Below, in pieces: positions 47,236 through 57,193 of a stretch of 64,000 nucleotides of DNA (positions within the stretch are counted from its first letter, which is position 1; every line of letters starts with the position of its first letter). A model generated the notes under the pieces. That model saw only the letters and a list, made by a program, of their open reading frames with translations. It was not told the origin of the DNA and made no database searches. Origin of the DNA: an uncultured Gemmatimonadaceae bacterium (GTDB taxonomy: Bacteria; Gemmatimonadota; Gemmatimonadetes; Gemmatimonadales; Gemmatimonadaceae); assembly GCA_963822945.1 (NCBI GenBank), contig CAWGJO010000020.1:352001-416000 (forward strand). The letters are read 5' to 3'. The position numbers and the translations under genes are program-made.

Positions 47236-49100
47236 GCACGCCCAACTCGCTGGCGCGATTCCTCGATCCCGCGCGCATCATCGTCTTCGACGGCGCGATG
47301 GGCACCATGCTCTACGCGCGCGGGGTCTTCATCAACCAGTGCTACGACGAACTCAACGTGCGCGCCCCCGAGCTGGTGCGCGCCGTGCACGACGAATACG
47401 CGCGGGCCGGCGCCGACGTGCTCGAGACCAACAGCTTCGGCGCCAACCGGCTGAAACTCGCGCAACACGGGCTCGAAGCGCAGGTCCACGAACTGAACCG
47501 GGCCGCCGCGCGCATCGCCCGCGACGTGGCCGGCGATCGCGACGTGCTGGTGGCCGGCGCCGTGGGGCCGCTCGGGGTGCGGCTCGAACCATTCGGCCCC
47601 ACCAGCCTCGACGAGGCGCGCGTCTACTTCCGCGAACAGATGCATGGGCTGCTCGACGGCGGCGCCGAACTGTTCATCCTCGAGACCTTCGGCGACCTTC
47701 ACGAGATCGAACAGGCCATCCGCGCCGCGAAGGAGGTGGATGCCACGATCCCCGTCGTGGCGCAGATGACCATCGGCGTGGACGGGCTCAGCCCGTACGG
47801 TGCCACGCCCGAGGACATCGCGCGGTCGCTCGACGCCTGGGGCGCCGACGTGGTCGGCCTCAACTGCTCGGTGGGCCCGCAGGCGATTCTCGAGGCCATC
47901 GAACGCATGGCGCCGGTGACGCAGCGCAAGCTCAGCGCCCAGCCCAACGCGGGCATGCCCCGCCAGGTGGACGGCCGCAACATGTACATGGCGAGCCCCG
48001 AGTACATGGCCACGTATGCGCGCCACCTGGTCCAGGCCGGCGCGAAGGTCGTCGGCGGATGCTGCGGCACCACACCCGCCCACATCCGCGCAATCGCCGA
48101 GGGGGTCCGGCCCCTGGCGCCCCGACTGGCCGAGGCCCGGACCCGTCCCGAGGTGGTGGCCGCCGTCGCGGCGCGCGCGACGGCCCCGCTCCCCGACGTC
48201 GTCCCGCTGGCCGAGCGCTCGCGCTGGGGTGCCCGTCTCGCGGCGGGCGACTTCGCCACGTCCGTGGAGATCGTGCCGCCGCGCGGGGTCGACGCCACCC
48301 GCATGCTCGACGACGTCCGGCGGCTCAAGGCGGCCGGCATCGACGCCGTGAACGTTCCCGACGGGCCCCGCGCCCAGAGCCGCATGGGTGCGCTGCTCAC
48401 CAGCGTGCTCATCCAGCAGCAGGTGGGCATCGAAGCCGTGACTCACTACGCCTGCCGCGATCGCAATCTGTTGGGAATGCTCTCCGACCTCCTCGGCGCC
48501 TCGGCCATCGGCCTTCGCAACCTCCTGCTCGTCACCGGCGACCCGCCCAAAATGGGCCCCTATCCCGACGCCACGGCGGTGTTCGACATCGATTCGATCG
48601 GCCTCGCCAACCTCGTGCACAATCTCAACCGTGGGCTCGATCCGGGCGGCAACCAGATCGGACGACCCACGCAGTTCGTGATCGGCGTCGGCGTGAACCC
48701 GGCAGCCGTCGACCTGGATCACGAGATCAAGCGGTTCGAATGGAAGGTGGACGCCGGCGCCGAATTCGCGATCACGCAGCCGGTGTTCGACGTGGACCAG
48801 CTGGAGCTGTTCCTGGCCCGCATCGCGCACGTGCGGATCCCGGTGATCGCGGGCATCTGGCCGCTGGTGTCGGTGCGCAACGCCGAGTTCCTGGCCAACG
48901 AGGTGCCCGGGGTCACGGTGCCCGAGCCCATCATCGCCAGAATGCGGATCGCCAACGAGCGCTCGCGCGACGCCGCCGTGGCCGAGGGCATCGCCATCGC
49001 CCGGGAGATGCTCGACCGCGTGCGGCCGGTGCTTCAGGGCGCCCAGGTGTCCGCGCCGTTCGGCAAGGTGGAGCTGGCGCTGGAAGTCTTCGGCCGATAG
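47232..49100 (+). CDS. yitJ: Bifunctional homocysteine S-methyltransferase / 5,10-methylenetetrahydrofolate reductase (YitJ-like)
   Basis: ATGA overlap with metH; DGAMGT, GLNCS, GGCCGTT; MTHFR domain VEIVPP, HYACRDRN, VTGDPP, AITQPVFD. Confidence 0.93.
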   Translation: MSTPNSLARFLDPARIIVFDGAMGTMLYARGVFINQCYDELNVRAPELVRAVHDEYARAGADVLETNSFGANRLKLAQHGLEAQVHELNRAAARIARDVAGDRDVLVAGAVGPLGVRLEPFGPTSLDEARVYFREQMHGLLDGGAELFILETFGDLHEIEQAIRAAKEVDATIPVVAQMTIGVDGLSPYGATPEDIARSLDAWGADVVGLNCSVGPQAILEAIERMAPVTQRKLSAQPNAGMPRQVDGRNMYMASPEYMATYARHLVQAGAKVVGGCCGTTPAHIRAIAEGVRPLAPRLAEARTRPEVVAAVAARATAPLPDVVPLAERSRWGARLAAGDFATSVEIVPPRGVDATRMLDDVRRLKAAGIDAVNVPDGPRAQSRMGALLTSVLIQQQVGIEAVTHYACRDRNLLGMLSDLLGASAIGLRNLLLVTGDPPKMGPYPDATAVFDIDSIGLANLVHNLNRGLDPGGNQIGRPTQFVIGVGVNPAAVDLDHEIKRFEWKVDAGAEFAITQPVFDVDQLELFLARIAHVRIPVIAGIWPLVSVRNAEFLANEVPGVTVPEPIIARMRIANERSRDAAVAEGIAIAREMLDRVRPVLQGAQVSAPFGKVELALEVFGR

Positions 49101-49317
49101 GGGCATGCGGGGCGCCGCGAGGCGTGCGACTCCCGCGGCGACGCGGGATCGCGCTGATGCCGGCCGCAAAAGGGTTGCACGAATCTCGTGGGGGTTCCAT
49201 TAGTTGTGGAGCGGCACCTGGAATCATTCGCGTGACGAAGCCGTTCCGCGCGTGTTTGAACGCTGGCCATCCGACCCGACCGCGGCGGGCGGCGAATCTC
49301 GCGCCGATCACGTTGCC

Positions 49318-49608
49318 ATGGACCTGCGACCGACGAATCCCGAACACCGTACTCTAAATGGACTCGGCGACTCCGGGGCGCGCATCGTCGTAGACCACGA
49401 CCGCGTGGAATGGGAGGTCTACGACGAGAGCCAGTGGGACTTCCGCATGGCGCTCGACTGGGACGCGTTGCCGCAGACCGAGAACCCGGGACTGATCTTC
49501 TCGTCGCGCGTCGACCGGCGGCGTGTGTGGCCGGCCCCGGTGGATTGGCAGCGGATGACGGACGACCAGCTACTGGCGCTGTGCGTGAACGCGCGGTCGA
49601 TGTTCTGA
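49318..49608 (+). CDS. Small Trp-rich hypothetical protein
   Basis: EWEVYDE…LIFSS…RRRVWPAPVDW…L; host codon bias. Confidence 0.75.
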   Translation: MDLRPTNPEHRTLNGLGDSGARIVVDHDRVEWEVYDESQWDFRMALDWDALPQTENPGLIFSSRVDRRRVWPAPVDWQRMTDDQLLALCVNARSMF

Positions 49609-49746
49609 CGGCAGTCTCGGGTCGGCAGTCGAATGTCGGCGGTGACTGTCCACCAGCGACTGTGAACCGATGACGCTCGACTGCTGGTGGCCCATTGGCC
49701 GTCGCCGGGGCGTATATTTCGGCGGACCCCTACCCCTACCGCTGCC

Positions 49747-50914
49747 ATGTCTCAGGATACCGCCGCCGCCCGCGCCCCGCTCACGATTCTCTCCGACGAC
49801 GAAATCATGTTCCGCGACGCCGTCGCGGGCCTGGCAGAGGAGATGGTGCGACCGCGCGTGCAGGACATGGAACGCGCCGGCAAGATCGACCCCGAACTGA
49901 CCCGGGCCTTCGCCGAGATGGGGCTGATGGGAATCGAGGTGGCGGAGGAGTACGGCGGCGCCGACGGCACCCTGATGATGGTCACCCTGGCCGTCGAGGA
50001 GTTGAGCAAGGTCGACGCGTCGGCGGCCATCCAGGTCGACGTGCTCAACACGCTGGTCAACTACCCCATCCGCACCTACGGCAGCGACTACATCAAGTCC
50101 ACCTATCTGCCCCGCCTGACCAGCGGTACGATCGGCGCGTACGCCCTGTCCGAGCCGGGCTCGGGCTCCGACGCCTTCGGCCTGGCCACGCGCGCCGAGC
50201 AGAAGGGCGACACGTGGATCCTCAATGGCCGCAAGATGTGGATCACCAACGGCGCCGAAGCGGAGATCTACGTGATCTTCGCGAATGCGAATCCGGGCGC
50301 CGGCTACAAGGGCATCACGGCGTTCATCGTGGAACGCGGGTTCCCCGGCTTCAGCGTGGGAAAGAAGGAAGACAAGATGGGCATCCGCGCTTCCAGCACC
50401 ACCGAGTTGATTCTCGAGGGCGTCGAGGTACCGGCGAAGAACGTGCTGGGACCGGTCGGCCAGGGTTACAAGGTGGCCATCGAGACGCTCAACGAGGGGC
50501 GCATCGGCATCGGCGCGCAGATGATCGGCGTGGCACAGGGCGCGCTCAAGGCCGCGACCGACTACGTGAAGGAGCGCCAGCAGTTCGGCAAGGCGCTGGC
50601 CGAGTTCCAGGGCATCCAGTTCCAGCTGGCCCAGGCGCGCACGGAGGTGGAGGCCGCGCGCCTCATGGTGTACAACGCCGCCCGGCTCAAGGACGCCGGC
50701 CACGACATCGCCATGGAAGGCGCGATGGCCAAGCTCTACGCGTCGCAGGTGTGCGAGCGCGTGACCTCCGATCTCCCTGGAGCTGTTCGGCGGCTACGGC
50801 TACACCAAGGACTTCCCGGCCGAGAAGTTCTATCGCGACGCCAAGATCGGCGCGATCTACGAGGGAACGTCCAACATGCAGCTCCAGACGATCGCCAAGC
50901 AGATGCTGCGGTAG
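49747..50914 (+). CDS. Acyl-CoA dehydrogenase (short/branched-chain type); one frameshift near 50770
   Basis: [42 protein letters not shown]; the shifted frame gives FGGYGY…IYEGTSNMQ. Confidence 0.94.
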
Positions 50915-50926
50915 GCGCGCCGCCGC

Positions 50927-53248
50927 TCAGGCGCGCGCGGTGAAGACGGCTTCCAGCGCGGACTGGACCCGCTTCCGCAGGCCGTCGATCGTGAACGGCT
51001 TCTCGATCCAACCGACGCCGTCGCCGACCTCACGCCGGGCGATCTCGTCCTCGGTGTACCCCGACATGAACAGCACGGCCGGAGCGAGGCCCATGCCGCG
51101 CATGCGGTCCACCATCAGTCGACCTCCCATTCTGGGCATCACGAGATCCGTGAGCACGAGATCGAAGTCGCGCCCCCGGCGCTCCAGGATCTCCAGCCCC
51201 GCCTCGCCGGAGTCGGCCAGCACCACGGTGTGCCCCTCGCGCTCCAGCACGCGGCGCGCTACCGCGCGCACTCCGGCCTCGTCCTCCACGACCAGGATCG
51301 TGCCGCACCGCTTGGCGGCAAGCGCCGCGGCCCGCGCCTCGGCGGGGCACTCCGCCTTCTCTTCGAGTTCCGGCAGGTAGATCTCGAAGGTCGTCCCATG
51401 ACCTTCCTCCGTATGCAGGGTGATGAATCCCTGCGACTGGCGCACGATGCCATACACCGTCGCCAACCCGAGCCCCGTCCCCCGTCCCTTCTCTTTCGTG
51501 GTGAAGAACGGCTCGAACACCCGCTCGCGCACCGCAGACGACATGCCGAGACCGGTGTCGCGAACGGTGAGCACCACGTAGGACCCGGGTTCCGCGCCGA
51601 CGCCGCGTGCCGGCGCGAAGGATTCGTCGACGACCGCCGAGCGCAGGCTGATGAACAGCGCGCCGCCGTGCGGCATGGCATCGCGCGCATTGATCACCAG
51701 GTTCATGAGCACCTGTTCGATCTGTCCGGGATCGGCCAGCACCCGCATGGGGGCATGCCCCGGATCGACGGATAGGGCGATGTCCTCGCCGATGAGACGG
51801 CCGAGCAGCCGTTCCATGCCGCTCACGGTCTCTTCCAGATGCATCAACCGCGGCTGCAACACCTGGTGCCGGCTGAACGCCAGCAACTGTCGGGTCAGCG
51901 ACGCCGCGCGCTTCGCCGCCTGGTGGATCTCGTTCACGTCGTGCCGCGCCGGATCGCCCGGAATCAGATCCGTGAGCAGCATCTCCGAATAGCTGGTGAT
52001 GGCCGTGAGGATGTTGTTGAAGTCGTGCGCGACGCCGCCCGCCAGGCTCCCGATCGCCTCCAACTTCTGCGTCACCCGAAGCTGCTCTTCGAGCATCCGC
52101 CGCTCGGTGAGGTCCGAAGAGACACTGACCACGCCGCGCAATGCGCCGTCGGGCCCGGAAATCGGCGAGCAATCCACGTGCGCCGGAAACGTGGTGCCGT
52201 CGCGCCGTTGCGCATCGTATTCGCCGCTCCAGCTCATGCCCGACTGGAGACATGCCTGCACGGCCGGATCGTCGAGCTTGGCCGCCTGCGCCGGAACCAC
52301 GTCGGCGGCGCGATGCCCGAGCACCGCATTCGTCGGCCACCCGTACAACGTCTGCGCCGATCGGTTCCAATACGTGATCCTGCCGGCGAGGTCGGTGGCG
52401 ATCACCGCCTGCTCCACCGCATCGAGCAGGTGGGCCCGCTTGCGCAACTCGGCATCGGCCGCCGCCTGCGCCGTGATGTCTCGTGCCGTGCTCACGATGC
52501 CCCGCACGGCCGGATCGTCGATGCGGTTGCGGCCGGTGCCCTCGACCAGGCGCCACGACCCGTCCCGATGACGCAATCGGACGCGCATCGAGGCCGTGGC
52601 GTCGGGAGCCGAACGGAGCGTCCTGTACGCGCCGAGCATCGTCGGGGCATCGTCGGGATGAATGAATTCGGCGGCGTTGCGCCCCACGAGTTCGTCGGGG
52701 GCCATGCCCAGCAGGTTCGCGCCGGATGGACTCGCGTATAGCACCCTCCCGTCTTCGGCGACGATGGTGATGAATTCCACCGAGTGCTCGGTGATCGACC
52801 GGAAGAGCGCCTCGTTGCGCTGCAGCGCCGTCGTGGCGGCGCGCAACTCGCTGTCGGCGCGGTGGCGCTCCGAGACATCCTCGATGATCACGGCGATGCC
52901 GTCGTTCACCGGAAAGACGCGCTTCGAGAACCACCGCCCCGTCGCCGCCGAATGCGCCTCGAAGTGCACCGGCACGCGCGCGTCCATGGCGTGCCGGAAC
53001 CGAGCCGCGTGCTCCGCCGTCGCGGCCACCGGGAACGCGTCCCAGAATGCACGGCCCACCAGCTCCTCGGATCGCGCCCCGACCAGTTCGCCGACCGCCG
53101 CATTGGCAAACGTCACCTGCCAATCGCGGTTGACGGTGAGAAACGCGTCGCGAACGCCGTGCAGGACGCCGGCCAGCGAGTCGGCAGCGGACAGGTGATC
53201 TCCGGGGTCGACGGACCCGCTCAGTTCACCGATTGGTTGAATGCCCAT
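50927..53248 (-). CDS. Triple-PAS hybrid sensor histidine kinase/response regulator
   Basis: Three PAS repeats; LAGGVAHDFNN, NLVINARDA, FEPFFTTK, GTGLGL; REC VEDE…TDLVMP…KPF. Confidence 0.94.
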   Translation of the reverse strand: MGIQPIGELSGSVDPGDHLSAADSLAGVLHGVRDAFLTVNRDWQVTFANAAVGELVGARSEELVGRAFWDAFPVAATAEHAARFRHAMDARVPVHFEAHSAATGRWFSKRVFPVNDGIAVIIEDVSERHRADSELRAATTALQRNEALFRSITEHSVEFITIVAEDGRVLYASPSGANLLGMAPDELVGRNAAEFIHPDDAPTMLGAYRTLRSAPDATASMRVRLRHRDGSWRLVEGTGRNRIDDPAVRGIVSTARDITAQAAADAELRKRAHLLDAVEQAVIATDLAGRITYWNRSAQTLYGWPTNAVLGHRAADVVPAQAAKLDDPAVQACLQSGMSWSGEYDAQRRDGTTFPAHVDCSPISGPDGALRGVVSVSSDLTERRMLEEQLRVTQKLEAIGSLAGGVAHDFNNILTAITSYSEMLLTDLIPGDPARHDVNEIHQAAKRAASLTRQLLAFSRHQVLQPRLMHLEETVSGMERLLGRLIGEDIALSVDPGHAPMRVLADPGQIEQVLMNLVINARDAMPHGGALFISLRSAVVDESFAPARGVGAEPGSYVVLTVRDTGLGMSSAVRERVFEPFFTTKEKGRGTGLGLATVYGIVRQSQGFITLHTEEGHGTTFEIYLPELEEKAECPAEARAAALAAKRCGTILVVEDEAGVRAVARRVLEREGHTVVLADSGEAGLEILERRGRDFDLVLTDLVMPRMGGRLMVDRMRGMGLAPAVLFMSGYTEDEIARREVGDGVGWIEKPFTIDGLRKRVQSALEAVFTARA

Positions 53249-53430
53249 GGACCGGGGTCTTGGAGGAGAGTCGCGGTCATTGTCGCACCGCCGCCGTCGG
53301 GACATGCCGCTGGCAAGTCCATGCCGGCGTCCGCGATCAACGGTTGTCGGCTCCCTCGGCGTTCGCTGTCAGGGAGTCCCCCAGCCGTCTGTGAGCGGTT
53401 CCCCCACAGGAGCCCCCAACCGGCACAGGC

Positions 53431-55201
53431 CTAGGAAAACAGCCGTCCGATGTATTCGGCGTACTTCTCCGCCACGACGCGGCGGCGCACCTTGAGCGAC
53501 GGGGTCAGTTCCCCGCCTTCCACCGTGAATTCCTGGGGGACGATCTCGAACCGCTTCACCGCCTGCACGCGCGCGAGCCGGGCGTTCACCGCGTCGATAC
53601 GCTGCTGCAGGTGCGCGCGGAACTTCTCGCAGCTAGCCGCCGAGGCCGGATCGCGCGCCGGGCTCGTCCGCGGCGAGCGCCTCGTCAATCAACTGCACCG
53701 GATCGAGCGTGATCAATACTCCCAGATAGCGCTGCCGGTCGCCGACCACCACCGCCTGGCTCACCACCGGGATCGCCTTCAGATATCCCTCCACGAGCTG
53801 CGGCGCCACGTTCTCGCCGCCCGCCGTGATGATGATGTCCTTCTTGCGGTCGGTGATCTGCAGGAATCCGTCGCCGTCCAATTCTCCGATGTCGCCCGAG
53901 TGGAGCCACCCCTCCGCATCCAGCGTTTCCGCGGTCCCGGCCGGATCCTTGTAGTAGCCGGCGAACACGTGGCGGCCGCGCATGCAGATCTCGCCGTCGG
54001 CGGCAATCTGCAGTTCTGCACCGGGGAAGACGAACCCCGCCTTGCCCGTGCGGTATCGGTCGGGCGTGCTGATCGTGCCCGGGCCGGTGCACTCGCTCAT
54101 CCCGTACACCTCGCAGATCGGGAGCCCGAGCGACAGAAAGAACTCGAGCGTCGACCGCGAGATCGGCGCCGCGGACGTCACGAGGACGCGCGCCCGATCG
54201 AACCCCAGCCGCCGGCGCACGGCCCGGAACACGAGCGCATTGGCCAGCCCGTACGACAGCGGGCGCCGCCGCCCCTGCTGGTCCGCAAACCCCGCCGCCA
54301 GTCCCACGCGCCGCGCCCACGCGATCAGCCTCTTCTTCAGCGGCGAATTCCGGGCACCCGCCGCCTGCATCCGCTCCTGGATCTTCTCCCACACGCGGGG
54401 CACCCCGAGAAAGAAGTCGGGCCTGATCTCCCGCAGGTCGTCGCCGAGGGTTGCCATGCTCTGTGCGAACCAGGTGCATCCGCCGAACGTCACCGGTCCG
54501 AAGATCGAGACGATCTGTTCGGCGATGTGGCTGAGTGGCAGGTAGCTCAGAATGTTGTCGCCGGCGCGGATGCCGAGCGCGGCAATGCCGGTGCTCGCCG
54601 TCCACACGACGTTGTCGTGGGTGAGCATCACGGCCTTCGGCACGCCCGTGGTGCCCGACGTGTAGATGAGCGTGGCCACGTCACTCGGTGCCTGCGCCGC
54701 CAGGCGCTCTTCGAGCGCGGCCGCGTCCACGTCGTGGCCGAGGCGCAGCAGATCCGGCCACGCGATCACGCCGGGTTCGGTGGGTTCGCCGTGCATCTGC
54801 ACGATGGCCTTCAGGTGCGGCAACTGGTCGCGAACGGCCAGGTACTTGGCCAGTTGCTCCTCGTTCTCCACCACCGCCACCTGCGCCTCGCAGTGGTGGG
54901 TCACGTACTGGCACTGCTCGGCCGTGCAGGTGGAGTAAATGCCGCTGGGCAGTCCGCCGGCGTGGATCGCCGCCAGGTCGGCCACCAGCCACTCGGGGCA
55001 GTTGTACCCGATGATGGCCACGCCCTTACCCGGCTCGAGCCCGAGCGCCATCAACCCGCGTGCCGCGAGGCGGATCTGCTGCCGGTACGCACTCCACGTG
55101 AGCGACTGCCAGGCGCCCTCTTCCTTCCAGCGCACGGCGGGAAGATCGCCACACGCTTTCACGGTTGCGTCGAGGGCTTGGGGAATGGTGGTCGGAGACA
55201 C
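53431..55201 (-). CDS. fadD: Long-chain fatty acid-CoA ligase (AMP-dependent synthetase); frameshift near 53640
   Basis: IYTSGTTGVPK, YLPLSH, VPRVWEK, EVYGMSE, GWLHSGD, DRKKD; C-terminal ELTPSLKVRR lies in the adjacent frame. Confidence 0.92.
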
Positions 55202-55320
55202 GGGGGCGGGGATGGAGGAGTGTCGGCAGCCGGTAGCCGGCCGTCACCAAATATCATCCCGACCCTGCCGCTGTCGAGATCCCGATGGCGACTGGATCGG
55301 GGGAACCGTAGTTTCTGCCG

Positions 55321-55932
55321 TTGATGCCTGCCTCCCTCCGCGTGCCCGTTCTCGGCAATGCGCTTCCCCGAAGCGGAGGCCCGGTGTCGCGCACCCTGGG
55401 CCGCTGGTGGCTCGCCTGGCTCGGATGGCGCATGGAGGGGACGCTGCCCGACATCGCGAAGGCCGTGATCATCGTGGCGCCGCACACCACGAACTGGGAC
55501 TTCGTGGTCGGCATCGCGGCCAAATTCGCACTGGGGCTCCGCGCGTCCTGGCTTGGCAAGCATACCCTGTTTCGCTCGCCCTTCGGGGGCCTGATGCGAT
55601 GGCTCGGGGGAATTCCCGTGGACCGGGCCCGCCCCAACGATGTCGTGGCCCAGTCGGTGCAGCGGTTTGCCGAGGTGGAGCGCATGGTGCTCGGCATCTC
55701 GCCCGAGGGCACGCGCAAGGCGGTCGCCCGCTGGAAGACCGGGTTCTACCACATCGCGCGGGGCGCCGGCGTGCCGATCATCCCGGTGGCGTTCGACTGG
55801 GCACATCGGGTGTTGCTGGTCGGCCCCCCGCTGGCGCCGGGCGACGACATGAAGGCCGACCTGCAGGCGCTGGGACGGTTCTTCGAGGCGGCCCGCGGGC
55901 GGCGCGGGGAACTCACGCCCCCGCCGCTCTAG
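55321..55932 (+). CDS. plsC: 1-acyl-sn-glycerol-3-phosphate acyltransferase (PlsC family)
   Basis: APHTTNWD (HX4D), GGIPVDR, SPEGTR, WKTGFY. Confidence 0.9.
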   Translation: MMPASLRVPVLGNALPRSGGPVSRTLGRWWLAWLGWRMEGTLPDIAKAVIIVAPHTTNWDFVVGIAAKFALGLRASWLGKHTLFRSPFGGLMRWLGGIPVDRARPNDVVAQSVQRFAEVERMVLGISPEGTRKAVARWKTGFYHIARGAGVPIIPVAFDWAHRVLLVGPPLAPGDDMKADLQALGRFFEAARGRRGELTPPPL

Positions 55933-55942
55933 CCGGCGACGC

Positions 55943-56926
55943 TCAGGCGCCGCGGGTGACGATCAGCTTGAGCGGAGGCTTCGCCGCGTCGAGTTCCGCC
56001 TGCTCGGGGACGATCGTGTGCCGGAGCGCGTGCACGACTTCGGTTGCGAAGGTCCGTCCGGCGCTGCGGTCGATTTCCTCGAGGGCGTTCCACGAGGCGA
56101 ACGCGGGGCGGGATTCGGTGGGCGTGAGCAGCGTCTCGTAGGCATCGGCCACGGCGAGGACCTTGACGGCCATCGGGATGCGCAGCGCGTCCACCGGCCA
56201 GTCGTCGCCGATCAGCTCGTGATAGCGGCCGTAGGCGGTCACCGTCTCGAGCGCGGCCCGCATGGAAGCCGCTACCGGCACCTCGCGGATATCGCGCGGG
56301 AAGTCGGCGAACATGCGCGCCACCCGTGGATCCTGCGGTCCCAACTCGTGCAGCAGACCGGCCACCCGCAGATCCTCGATCTCGTCGTCGCGCATGCCGA
56401 GCTTGCCACCGATGGCCATGGCACGTTCGGCCACGCGATAGCTGTGGCCACGGCGGTGCCGGTCGGCCGAGTCCAGATGGAAGGTCAGCATCTCGAGCAG
56501 CGCGAAGTAGGTGCGCTTCACGTCGTCGGCGCGCGCCTTTCGCTGGTCGGACAGCGTGCCCACGGCGAACCCGGTGAGGATGAGGAACCCTGCCCAGGGC
56601 GCGAAGTACATGATGGTCGACTCCGAGAGGTTGGGCGTCCCGCCCAGCCCGGTCACGGCCTGGAAGAACGTCACCAGCAACACCGTGAACAGCGCAGCCC
56701 CGACGGCACTGTTGCGCCCCAGGAGAAATCCACCGGCGATGATCGGCAGGTAGTAGAAGCTCAGAAACGCGAACTTGTAGTCCACGGTGAAGTTGATGAA
56801 CAACAGGGACGCGACGAGCACCACCACGAGCGTCTGCTCGAAGTGATCGTACAACGCTTTCTTGATGCGATTCGCCAGTCCTTGCACCGTAGGCTTACTC
56901 CCAAATGCGACCGGAGTCCGGTACAT
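55943..56926 (-). CDS. Membrane protein with degenerate HD-GYP-like domain
   Basis: ~4 N-terminal TM segments; GHSYRVA, AGLLHELG (HD changed to HE), LAVADAYE, RPA; no HHE or GYP motif. Confidence 0.82.
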   Translation of the reverse strand: MYRTPVAFGSKPTVQGLANRIKKALYDHFEQTLVVVLVASLLFINFTVDYKFAFLSFYYLPIIAGGFLLGRNSAVGAALFTVLLVTFFQAVTGLGGTPNLSESTIMYFAPWAGFLILTGFAVGTLSDQRKARADDVKRTYFALLEMLTFHLDSADRHRRGHSYRVAERAMAIGGKLGMRDDEIEDLRVAGLLHELGPQDPRVARMFADFPRDIREVPVAASMRAALETVTAYGRYHELIGDDWPVDALRIPMAVKVLAVADAYETLLTPTESRPAFASWNALEEIDRSAGRTFATEVVHALRHTIVPEQAELDAAKPPLKLIVTRGA

Positions 56927-57193
56927 CCACCGGTTTCGGTGGAATGCGTTGCCGACTCACCCCGGGCTCCTTTCGATCGCGGAAATCGAGAAGTGGCACC
57001 TTGCCTCGAAGTGTCATGCTCCCCGAAGACCGCCGCAAGACGCTCGACCGGCTCCGGGGCCCGTAGAAACGTGACACTACCGGGCATCTTGTCCGGGGGC
57101 CTGTGACGGCCGCCACGTATCGCGGGCTCCCTGAAATCGGGTTTCTCTCCCCCGCGACTGGAGTCCGCCCTCCTGCCCGTGATAGTATTGAAC

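Noticed and set aside
44688..49100. 1470-aa ORF suggesting a giant MetH-YitJ fusion
   Set aside because: The N-terminal part is mostly off-frame metH with short correct patches caused by frameshifts; metH has its own stop at 47235 overlapping the yitJ ATG
53300..53330. Sigma54-like promoter (GGCATGGACTTGC on - strand; TGGCAAGTCCATGC on + strand)
   Set aside because: GG-to-GC spacing is 9 nt, not the required 10
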